NCBI GenBank assembly: GCA_002633005.1
Contig: NMRA01000073.1
Coordinates: 850,389-888,475, forward strand
Origin: Phoronis australis
Taxonomy: Eukaryota; Animalia; Phoronida
Length of the DNA: 38,087 nucleotides
Direction: 5' to 3'
Part shown: one piece after another, positions 10,601 to 22,600 of the stretch
How the letters are laid out: each line of letters opens with the position of its first letter
Numbering within the stretch: position 1 is the stretch's first letter
Notes under the pieces: model-generated
What the model was told of the DNA's origin: nothing
Database searches by the model: none
The model's input: only the letters and a program-made list of their open reading frames with translations
Program-made: the position numbers and the translations under genes

Positions 10601-13600
10601 CCGTGTCACGTGCGTATGAGCTCGATAACACTAAATCGTCCCTCGATTTTATAATTGTCCCAGGTAAACGAGAACTTATTTCTTGGTGCAAAAGGTTAGT
10701 GTATAAGATTGCTTCTTTACTATCATGTTTCTTCAAATATCTTATTACAAAGACGTGTTTCATGCAGTGTGTGTCTATACTGTAAATGTTGAACTCATGA
10801 AAACATACATTTGTGAAATCCTTTATGATCACAGAAGCTCGAGCGTCACAGGACAGCCGTTACTTATCATGGCCATGACAGAAAATCCCAGATATTTTTT
10901 ATAGCTAGTAATGTACGGAAAAAGAAATTGATGGTGCGGTGCGAAAAATTTCAGATCGTGGAATTACGGCGACTTTCATGAAAAATCACGGTTTTTATAA
11001 CAAAAAAACAATCATGTCACTGCAAACGTCTGGTAATTGTTTCCTACAGAAAACGCGTCTTTGTGATAACCAAGACTGAAGAACATGAGTTGAAAAATAC
11101 TTTTGACCTTTGGCGTCGAAGGTAGATGGGCAGCTGTTTTAAAACAACCTTCTGTCAAGAACACTCTTGTTTTAGACCACTTAGGGTTAAAAAATTATGT
11201 CTTATATCGTTTACTAGCGAGTATGGTTTTGCAAAGAACTGACAGCGCGGTCGTGTAGTTTTATTTGACGATCATGACGTAAAGGAATAGCTAGCTGACA
11301 CCTGCTCTTTAATACTGAAATCACTTCCAGCACGAATATGGACCAATTGAGGCTAGTTTTGTAGGCGCTAGTAGTCTAAATCAAACGTTAGTCTTTTTGA
11401 CAAATTTGACATAAGATAACTTTATATAGGTTTTAGGTTGACTTACGACAGCTTTAAGCCGCATCTTAATGTTCAGTTATACAAAAATATTTTTTCGCTA
11501 TTCTGTGAATATCATATGGAAAACCAGTTACGGGGATCTAATGTCTTCACTCAAAACTCTACTTCAAATTGACCAATTACATGCCATGCTCCGAGTAAAC
11601 TTGAAATTTGTACTCGAATCATGCGGAATGGTTGTCAAAGCATCTAGTCTGAGTAAAGTCCGAGTTGGCAGATTAGACCCTAGTCTCAGGTCATCAACAT
11701 CAATATTTTACGTCTTTTTCAGACATCCTCGGAGGAGTGCTTGAAATGCATGCTCAAGGTCCCTCACAAAAAGTGTGAAGCGGTGAGTAGTAAAATACTT
11801 TTAACGGACTTCTTTGAACCTACCAACTAACCAGCTATAGCGACTAAACCTGTCAACGAGCTGCTCACGGCGTCAAGAAAAGGGTTAAAGCTGAAAAGTT
11901 TCAAAACTAAGTCGTGAAATGAACGAAAGAAAAAAAACGAAAATAAAAGAATACTATTGGCATGCCGTTCTTAGGGCCAATGCGAGCATTTGACGATTGA
12001 AAGTTAAGGTTACCAGCTCCTCTTACGACCTACGTCATCCTAGATCTAATCGTGATTAAATGGCACGAAGAAGTTTGTGGGTAAATAAGCGGAGAGCGAG
12101 ACAAAATACTTTGGTTACCGAAGAGTGAACGAGAAAAACATATTCCTTTTAGCAGCTGAAGATTAAAAAATCTCAAATTACACTTTCCGATAGTCTGCTT
12201 GGTTTGCCGTCTAGTGGACGGTTATGCCACTTCCGCAAATGTTACATGTCTGATATTATTGCAGCACAAGTACATCCGGGTCGGAGGCGGATACAGGCAC
12301 AGTTACTGGTACATTCGTACGATGATGGAAGACCTGGAACAACAGGTAAACTGTTCTTCTAATTCCGTGATTACGATCACCCTTGATGTTGGGGTTTATC
12401 ACCAACTACACTTCACTTGTCTTTGATAAGGACTGTTATAATTTTTTCGCAATCATCCCGTCATATTACCTCCGCCATGCCAAGTCGTTCACGCAAAATA
12501 CCCGACGACGCAAAATGTCCCCAAACGAAATTATTTATCTGTTGCCGGCATTTTTCTCACCGAGCGAATGTCGCCTCCACAACGCAAAGAGCTGTATGTC
12601 GAATGTTTGTTATTTCAGCTATGGGAAGAGCAGCTCTTACAGCGACGCCTTGAGGCTATTAATGAATCTTGTAAGTATGAATACGTTCCGTAATTCGTCC
12701 AATAAACTACGCTCATTCAAGTCGAATTAGCTGTTGAAGTGCTGAAGTTCATAATTAAACAAAAATCCAACTGCATTATAGTAACTAATTATCTTAAAAA
12801 GCGCGGGAAATATGCCGCCTGTTCCGCACTACATGTACGTCTGCAGCAGATGAAGTCCCGCCGCTGGTAGTTGCCGATGTTAGCTTTGTGTTGTTCGACA
12901 GCAGATCAGTCGAACTACAGTCTTCTGAACGCTGTCGGTCGGACCTGTGTTCTTCATCTTTATCCTTGTTACTTTCTGATAAAGAAGTAATTTCACCCCT
13001 AACTCCCGCAAAAGAGTGTAACTCATCACGTTGTCTGATTGACCATTTTTCTACCAAGAACACGCAACTTACCATATTCTTTTTGCATTGAGTCGGTGTA
13101 ATAGGCAACTTTTTCAACGCGAATCGAATATATCACGCCTACACAAGCACAATCATTCTAATTTGTAAATATCAACCTCACTTTGAAGAAATTATTCTCT
13201 CATGGCATATTTTTGCTTTCAGCTGTACGCGCCGTAAAGACCTACATTCGCACCAAAAGCGGTCGGTTGGTGGAAAGAATCGTGTTTTTGACCGAGGAGG
13301 ACTATCAGGCAATGCAGGCGGGAGGAGATGCAGCTGCAGCCGTACTAAAGCGCTACCTAACGGACGACGAGGCGAAAAATCTGGACTCGTGGGACAACGA
13401 AGAAGTAAAAGCCATAAAGACTTTTGTTCGAACCAAAAGCGGAAAGCTTATAGAGAAACTCGTATATATCTCAAAAGGAGACTACGATAAGATAAAAGGA
13501 GGAGAGATGTCGGCTGGTGACGTCATGAAGGTTTTGAAGAAGTACGTTAAGACGGAAAACGGTGAACGCATTGATGGGTGGGGAGAGGCTCAAATGAAAC

Positions 13601-16600
13601 AAGTGAAAACGTACGTACGGACTAAGAGTGGGAGATTGGTTGAGAAAATCATCATGGTGTCTAAGGAGGACTATGATAAGCTAGTCAACGAGGGCGGTGA
13701 CCCCGCCAAAATTCTTGGAAAATACCTATCAACAAACGAAGGAGAGACTATTGAATCTTGGAAAAAAGCTGACAAGCCCGCGATGAAAGTCATCAAGACT
13801 TACGTTCGAACTAAGAGCGGTAGGTTGGTGGAGAAGACAATCCTGATGACCGAGGATGAGTATAAAGAGTTTGAAGCCAGTGGCGGGGACCTCAATACCT
13901 TGAAACGGTATCTGAAGCTTGGAGAAGGCGAAACAGTTGAAGACTGGGAGAAGGCCTCTACTGTGTACGGAGCTAGTAGCGACGAGGAAACCGCAGGTAC
14001 AGCAACACTGACTCGCACTTTCTAACACTTCAGTTTTCAAGACGAAACCTTGTCAAATTCCTTCGAAAATTGTCAGGTTAACTGTGTGTTTCAATTCCTC
14101 AGTCACGATTGTAGTTTTACTTAAACTCTTGCTCTGTTCGAATGGCCTTGACACTGATGTTCACAAGTTTCAGTTTTGTGCTTTATGTCACCGCTCTATG
14201 TTCTAAACTTCCAGCTGCCAAACCTGGGCAACGAATAGTCGGAAAAGATGGTGCTATTTACGAAGTGCTTGTTGATCCAATCACCGGCAAGAAATATAAA
14301 AAGTAAGCTCTAATTTAGCATTTTTGACATGCGTCCAATTGACATAATCAGTTGTGTCAGCAATAGTTGTTACTATAAATCGCTCATTAAATTCTTGTTG
14401 ACGGCCCATGAAATTAAAATATCAGTTTCCACAAAACCAATTGCTCTGTTTTCAGAAAAGTTACCAACTTTGAATCAGACGTTGACTCTGGCATTGGGTC
14501 AACTACGAAAGGTCGACACACTGGAAAGACCAGTCGAAGTGGAGCTATAGATGGAATAAGCGAAGAGGAAGCTATAGAACGTGAAAAACGTGCAAGGAAG
14601 AAGCAAGGCAAACGACAAGAAGGGAGCGACTCAGAGTATAGTTACAAGAGTGAAGTTAGCGTGGGCGGAACCCGGCGCGTGACCAGGAGGAAGAAAAACG
14701 CAGACGGCACACGAGGCGACGCCGAGTCATACCATAGCAGTCAAGACGAAGACGGGCAAGAGAGGCGACGACGTCGGCGGCGTGAACGGAAACACGGGGG
14801 CAGTGCCCATAGTTACTACAGTGTAGAGAGCGCCGGTGGCACACGCCACGTTAGGCGGCGAAAGAAAAAAGCCGACGGGACCTACGCGGCTAGCGAATCG
14901 TACCACAGTTCAGACAGTGAATATTACATTAGTGGAAAGGGGAAAGGTACCAAGGGTAAAGGCAGGGGTGGAAAGGGAGGAAAGGATGGGAAAGGGGGAA
15001 GGAAGGAAAAGAAACTAAGAAAGGTGCGCCATGAGCACGGGAGTGACTCGGAATATAGTTATATGAGTGAAGTCAGCGAAGGAGGTACGAAGCGAAGAAA
15101 GAGGAAGAAAAGGATACGAGATGCTGATGGAAACGTGATTGGTCACGCAGAGTCGGAGGCGTATACAAGTCCAAGTGGTGAGTACTGTTTGGTAACTGAA
15201 GGGAAATTGGGCGAAACGGGATCAGTGTCGAAATCTCGATAATTGAGAAAATCAATCTTTTTCAATCAAGCGTTGCATTTTGGTTGTTTCCGAGCTAGTT
15301 GAATCTCTGTGCTCGAAAATGGACTCGAAAATTGATGGATTGCAAGGCGCACTTCGAATAAATTAAAAAATTTGTACTTGAATCTTGCGGTTTGAATGGC
15401 TGAGTTTTGGAGTTTTAGATCGAGCGGAGTCCGAGTCCGGAGATCCTGGACTCCGAATTCAGCTTGAAAACTAATACTGTTCGTAGTTATTCCTTAAACC
15501 TTATACTGTCACATTTTATGAAAATTGGCGGTAGAATTTTGCCTTTTTATCGTTTTGCATTAAATCCAGACGTAGCTGGGCTGCTGCCTGTCTTGTTTGT
15601 AGAACGCTGAGTATTGCAACACGATGATTATTTAAATAAATATGTAACTGTTGGATAAGCCTGTATCACTTGGAGCCATTGTTTACTTAAAGTAGTCACG
15701 CTGTTATGATGAACAACAATCGTGAGGAGAGAACAAACACTCGTATATTACACAAATATGATGGATAGCCTTAATCAAACATCTTAAGTTCTTAGCTCGG
15801 GTTGGGTCATTCATCTCCACACTGGCAGTGAAAGCATTACATGGCTATTTTTGTTTATTCCTCTTGTGTGGCTTTTCTGCTAAGTGTCCTTGGTATTTTA
15901 ATTGGATGTAAAACTTTGTTGAGATCGGATGTTATCCCAACCTTTCCCAAAATGGTCATTTAATTTACTAACCATCGCAAAACCCACAACATTATAAATT
16001 CATGCATAGACATTATATGCTCTGATTTCCCAGTGATTTCAAACCAGATCCAGCACATCTCGCCAACAATAACTAACCTTTTTCTGGGGAAGATGCTAAT
16101 TTGTTTCGAATACGTAAACAATACCAGTTTCTTCTGAACTCATTCTCGTGTCTCAAGGAAGTCATGTCCTTTACATCAGAGCCTCTCTTTCAGAATACAC
16201 CACAGCGACGGACCAATCGGATAGTTCGTCCAGTTACTACAGCGAATCGGACGGAAAGGGAGGAAGAATACGTAAAAAGAAAGAAAAGTCAGATAAGAAA
16301 GGCAAGAAGAAAAAGGGGAAGAAAGGTATACCGTACATTGATATAGATGTATAGCATCTTGTTTGAAGATGACACCGCAGGCTATATTTGCTGGCAACGA
16401 GGGTGGCACGAAGCAGTGCACGTGATCTGCACCGGGTAAAAGATTAAAGGTCTGCTTCGTGTAAAGTGACTTAGGACTTGAGTCAGCAATTTGGTCTCAC
16501 AGTCCACATAACTACTTCTGAAAATAATCAATTCTCTCTTGATCAAAAATTTAAAGTCTCTAAAAATATGCACGTAACTGCTAGTTACTGATTTCTAGAG

Positions 16601-19600
16601 AGTTACGCACTAAATCTCGTTTTCAGCCATTGTGAAATGGAAGCGTAATACCAAATTTAAGTCATTTTCATAAAACAGACCAAAGGACCTGGAGTTCTGT
16701 CTTGGAACTCGAACCCCATCACAGAATTTGTTATTTTCGCGATCTAGTTTAGTACGAGTTCGAAATAAGTGCGTTTCATCTTTGCTTCATCTGCCATAAC
16801 ATGGAAGTCGGGTGGATGACCCAGATGGAGACTAGATGACCAAAGGATGTTTTTAAGCATAACCCTAAAATTAGCATAACTCGTGGGCAGTGCCTCTCCG
16901 CACACAAGGAGTATTTTTAGACAATACGAAAAATGCAGGAATAAGTTGTCCATTAATCATTGCCGTATCGTTTCAACGACCTCAACACCAAAGCCCCGAA
17001 TGTGTAGAATATCACACTTGAGTTCAAGCACAAAATCCAATGGAAGCCACTTCAGGTCACACTTAAAATGGCTATAAAGTAAGCTTTTGATTGAGACAAC
17101 TTACGGGTACAAAATTGTTATCAACTTGTCCCTTTAATAACACGATAAGTGATTTCTAGTCTTGTAAAGATCTAACAGTTTATTATTACTGGAGACTACG
17201 CTCGGCGTAAAAGTGACACGCCGTGTCATGCTAACTTACAGAACCTGGTCTCAAGCAATAGAGAACTGCCAATTATTTCAAACGGCCATGAAATGACTTC
17301 CAGTTTGAGTAATGAACAATTTTGGACAAATTTCATAACGGTCTAAATCAACAGTCGGTTTTTGTTATGGAAGATGGAAGGTTTAAAACTATTTAAGTGG
17401 AAGGGAAATTATTAAACCATTTCGCGTTTGTGCTCGAGTTCAGAGAAACGAAAGGATTTAGGTATCTTTTTGTGACACCGTTTTCGAGCCCATGACATTT
17501 GTCAGGTCCAATATTTTCACTAAGGGGTTCCTTAATTTGTTGTTGTGATGCTAAGACTGAAACCCTTACATGGCTCCGTTCAGACTGTTCGGGAAGTTGA
17601 ATTTTGCCTGTCGCACTATGAATCACGCATTTTTCAATTCCCTGTAATTAGGTGGAGCTGGCGATAGCTCAACCGATTTTAGTGACGCGACCACCGACTC
17701 TGAGGCTGTTGACCTTAGCAAAATGACCGAAGAGGAGAAACGTGTTTACTTTGAGGAGAAGGCAAAACGGAAGGCGGCAAGAGAGAAAAGGCGACGGGAG
17801 AAATATGGAGATCGTTACGACGAAATAATGGAAAAACATGAAAAGTAAGATTTTGAAATTTACAATTCGGACTGAACATTAAAACCAGAATTACTTTGGT
17901 TGATTTACAGTTTCAGTGTGTGTTCAGTCAATTAAAATACTTGGCACTGGCCGAAGGACATTTGTTCACACGTGTGTAACGATTATGTTTTTTTTTCTTT
18001 TCAATGGTAATCTGCAAGTCAGTTGACAAGTAAATGGTCAAATTAAATATGTTGTTTCAAATTTATGTTATGCTACATAAATGTAGAACACAACAAGACC
18101 TATTTTGAAACTGCAAGCACTGATCTGTGGTAAGCGTTTTAATTCCTAAGTGCAATAGAATATTTTCTAAGCTAGGAAGTCAATTCTCTAATTGCAGAAA
18201 AAAGCTCGAAAAGGAAAAATTCAAGAGTATGGTGAGCTACGAGAAAGGTGCTGGTCGGGGTTTGGACCCCACAGGAAAGACGGACGGACGAGAGCCTGGA
18301 ATGGGGCTTGACGAGTAAGAATTACTTATGTGTAGAGCGTCTAAAGGCAGTGCGGGCGTCAGTGTTCTAGACTAGTTCAGAGGTGGCTCTGGTCCGGAAT
18401 GACTTCCTTGTAAGAAAATCCTAAGATTTCGCGAGATATCGTGATACGTTACATGCGAAGCACTAGAGCCCAGGTTTCTCGCGATTGTCTCGAGTCTACA
18501 GATCGTAGTTCTGGTGAGAATTTGTGATACTACAGGAGTCAGAACAGCAAAAACACGCCACGTTCACGAACTGCTCGTGAAGAAATGAACTTGAAGCGGT
18601 TGTAGGTGCAAGTGCACTTCAAGTATTGCACCCATATCCAGTAATATAATACGTGAGTAACAATCGAAAATACATTTTCAGATGGGGGAAGCCTAAAGGA
18701 AGGAAGGGCAAGAAATACAAAGACGGAAATGAAGCTGACAGTGAAAGCGAAGGTATTAACAATTTCGCTGAAGATATTATTTATTTAGTGCTATTTGCCA
18801 TTAGAAGATTTGGAATATTCGCAGACTATGCTTTTGTATGCCTCCAACTGTAGTCACGACTCTTAGCTATGCTATTTTTCAATCTTTCTTCAGCAAAGTT
18901 ATGCATTTTCCTATAGTTAGAACGTTTTGTACTGTATTGTTTTCTAGATGTGTTTAATTAAGCCAGCCCGGATTGTGTGCGTTACATGTTGTAGAATCTT
19001 TAGATTACCAACGTTTCCTCGAATATCAAACGATTACCAAAAATAATTTCAATAATTTATAAAACTCAAAAGATCATTATTGGACAACATTTCTATTGAA
19101 ACGCACCTATTAGTTACTGTAGCTCTCCGCACTTGTTGAGGACTGCTAGAAGTCCGTCATACGCACAAATTAAGTCACCCTACATGTAATTCTTCTTCAC
19201 CACACCCACTCTCGGTTCTAAGTATTCTTTCAAAAACGGCTCCACTTCCAATTGCACATTCTGGTGGCTGGACATGAGAAGGTTCTCGCTTCATCTTGCT
19301 CTCTGTTTAGTATTAGCTTCTGCTACATTCACGCGGCCTTCTACAATTACATGAGGAAGTTTGATTGTTCCGATAACCCGGATATCAGCTGTTTAAAAAT
19401 ATTACAGTCAAATCTCTTTTTTGTGTCTGAGTCGACAAAAACCTCAAACTTGTTACGCCTAATGATACCTTGTGTAAAATCTAGGACTAAACTCCCAGGT
19501 TAAATGCACAAGCCAGGCGCCATCATATTTGCCAAAGTAATCACCACAATGTGTAAGATCTTGGTCTTCACGAAAACAAATGATCTACACATTACAAGCG

Positions 19601-22600
19601 CATGACCAGGGGCAGGGGTCTGAGGCCTGTACTCAAAGATAAAAAAATTAACCAGTTGGATGATACACGTCAAGTAAAACTTACAATTTCATTCCTGAAC
19701 CATACGACTTGGTTTGGTTTCGAGTCCAGTCTGAGTTCTGGCTGTACCCAAGGGTCTTCCGAAGGTTACATTCATGCGACTTTGGTGAGACCACACTCAG
19801 TGCTGTAGTGGGGCGTAGGTGCACGTAGGCCCAGCCAACCACCTTTTGGCATTTGAACGTAGCGCTAAAGCCTTGGTCACAACCCGCCGTACGTGCAAGT
19901 GCGTGCTGTCTACGTGTAAAAACGTGGGGGAAATTTGGCGATCCGTACGTGGCAAGTACGGCCTTCATGCCGTGCGTTTTGGTGAATACGCAGGAGAACG
20001 CAGACACGACGTAGCACTTTTAGTGCATGCAGAACTTTCTCTGCGTGCAAGCTGCGTTCGCATTACAGATTCACGGCAGTACGGGTGACGTGCGTTGACG
20101 TACGTCCTCCCTGCGCTTGCCACTCCCTACTCACGTTTTCAGAAAAACGTGGTGCCCGTGGCGTCCGCAGAAAACGTACGAACAATAAACACGCACGGCG
20201 GGTTGTGACCATAGCTTTATGCACCGTAAGTTAGGTTCAGTGCTCAAGGTGGTACAGTGAGCTTTGGGCGCCTACTTACCTCTTATTTTACCACTACAGC
20301 ACTGACCACATTGGGTCTTGTCTTCGAAGGATATCGCCATACATTACAAACGAAGCAGGTCTCACTGCCCTGTGTCACAGCGCCACCTATACGAGAACAC
20401 TATATAGAACCCATCTCACCAGCTTCCCCTCGCTAAACTCAGGCCTCTGTTTTCAGCTTTAGCACGTCTCTTCTTGTGCAGTAGAGGATTGTATTTTCTG
20501 CCATGCAATCCCGACACGCTTTGCTTGTCTAGACACTAGCACCACTTTCTGTTGTACTTCACAAACAGACTTATTCTCTGACGTAGACGGTAGAGGGTCA
20601 AGGTCGAGTTATCAGGAGACAATCTATGACGACGAAGGTAACCCTATTGGAAAGGTGCGCAGGAAGGGACACAAAGGCAAAGGCGGATATAACAGTGATG
20701 ATTCCGATTATAGTATGTAACGGAATGTTTTTGCTTGCGAAAGTCTCTAGGATGATATGCTCTATCTTTTGACAAAAGTTCTTTTTTTGAAAAGAGAAAT
20801 GTTTTGATAACTGTACACGTTGAATTGACATTTTTCATAATTGTAACAGAGCAGAATTAAATTAAAACTACACTTTTGACAAAAATTGGCGCTCTGTCAT
20901 CCTGGGGATGTCATTCTAACACGTCTTGGCTTGCAGTGACGGTGGTGGCCCAAGCTCAGCACAGTTGTGATCATTTCACTCATTGCATGCTTGTTGTTAG
21001 TTTTGAAGTTTGAATTTATATAGGTGTGCTTGTATTGGCAATATTTGTGCACTTCACCGAATGGCATTGTATGATCAAGCACGGGTGCGTAACTACCATA
21101 ACCAGTAAAGTTGACTGTTTCTGATTTGGCTCACAGGCCTAACGTGTAACTAACGGAAATTTTCACCACCCCCCCTCTCAACATACATCCAGTGGTCTAT
21201 ATATTCGGAAAATATTTCAATTATATGGGCGTGGGTCTACGTTTAGAGTCACAATTATTTGTAAGTTCTATTCACATTTGTAGTAAATAAACTCTCACTC
21301 CGTTGTTCAAAATGCCCATTTGAGGAATATATTCACAACTAGGTAAACACGAATCGCGACTTATTTCATGACCCATTTTAGTTCATGGCCCCCATCCGCA
21401 TCCACACCTACTCTTACTTTGTGGATAACATTATGTTTTCCGAATATTTGCCCTGGTGACAACTACGTGTATCAGAAACTGCTAGTGTGTGAATGTAGAA
21501 ACGGGTGGTGATGCACGCGAATTACGCACTAATACAGTCAAGAAATAGTGATTTTTATGTTTGAATAGTTATGCAGAATGTCTTCCCACAAACTCACATG
21601 TTACTGTAATTTATATTGTTCTGAATTTTTAAGGATGCCTTCTCTTCGTCGTTGGTTCTTTCAACGTTAAGTATTTTTGGTATAACACAATGTCACTGAA
21701 TGTCATACTAAATGGTACAGTCTCCTCGATTTAGCCTTCCTGCCAATTTTAATAGTTCGTCTACAGTAATTACTGCTCAAATTTCAACTTAATTCATTTT
21801 ATTTGCACAGTATTACCGTTTTCGGTCTATTCGTTTTAATATTTGAACCTGGCACCATTTTTCAGTTGAAGAAATAGGTCCGGACGGGAAAAAGATAAGA
21901 AGACCAAAAGTCAAGAAACAAGTCATCGTTGGATCGGACGGCGAAGAATACGAAGTGGTTAGTTTAGTTTTCAAACTGGGGTTGCGATCCGTAGACCCGA
22001 GGCACTCTTGAGAAAAGCTAGTGTGATCACGTGCTTCACGTGTAATGTATGGCGATATCTCGCAAAGACTTGCGTCTACGGAACGCAGCCCGGTTTTTAT
22101 TCCACTTAAAATAATTTCCGGGTAAATAATCTCAATGAATTAAACGCTGAACAGTTCGCATAAACCAAACATTTACTTAACCGATGAAAAGTGTCCAAGA
22201 ATATTGCACAAAAAGGTAATTGTACAGATTATTTTTTTAATTTAATTTATTTTCAATTTGTTTGGAATGTTGCTCTTGTGGTGAACCATGCTTTACGTTT
22301 GAAAGGCATCATGCTATGGGATCGTTATATTCGTAACTTAAAATTAGTTTTGAAAAGCAACCATCGGTCCCAGTGACGGGCACATCTAAGCCGTGTAGCC
22401 GCGCTGCAGCGTGGCACCTTTTGCAGTGACGAAGCTACGAACTACATGTCAACTGAAAGGAGCTCCGCTTCACTTCAGTTTTGGTTAATCTGAAAATTCA
22501 TTCGGTTTATCGAGTACTCGTAGTCAAAATTAGCAAAATGTGCTGCAACATATTTAAAAAAAAATCACTGAAAGAATTATAAAATGCAGACACGTATCAA

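Noticed and set aside
10120-10832. Minus-strand peptides LYTNLLHQEISSRL, VFDDKIF and SFDVDKVFT resembling Penelope-like reverse transcriptase motifs
   Set aside because: Motif order and spacing are inconsistent, and I found no GxPMG or YxDD motif. It would need a tBLASTn/HMM hit to be supported.
13729-14040. Minus-strand ORFs overlapping exon 7 (similar ones overlap exons 9, 10, 14, 17, 23 and the caspase exons)
   Set aside because: These are antisense shadows of real coding exons.
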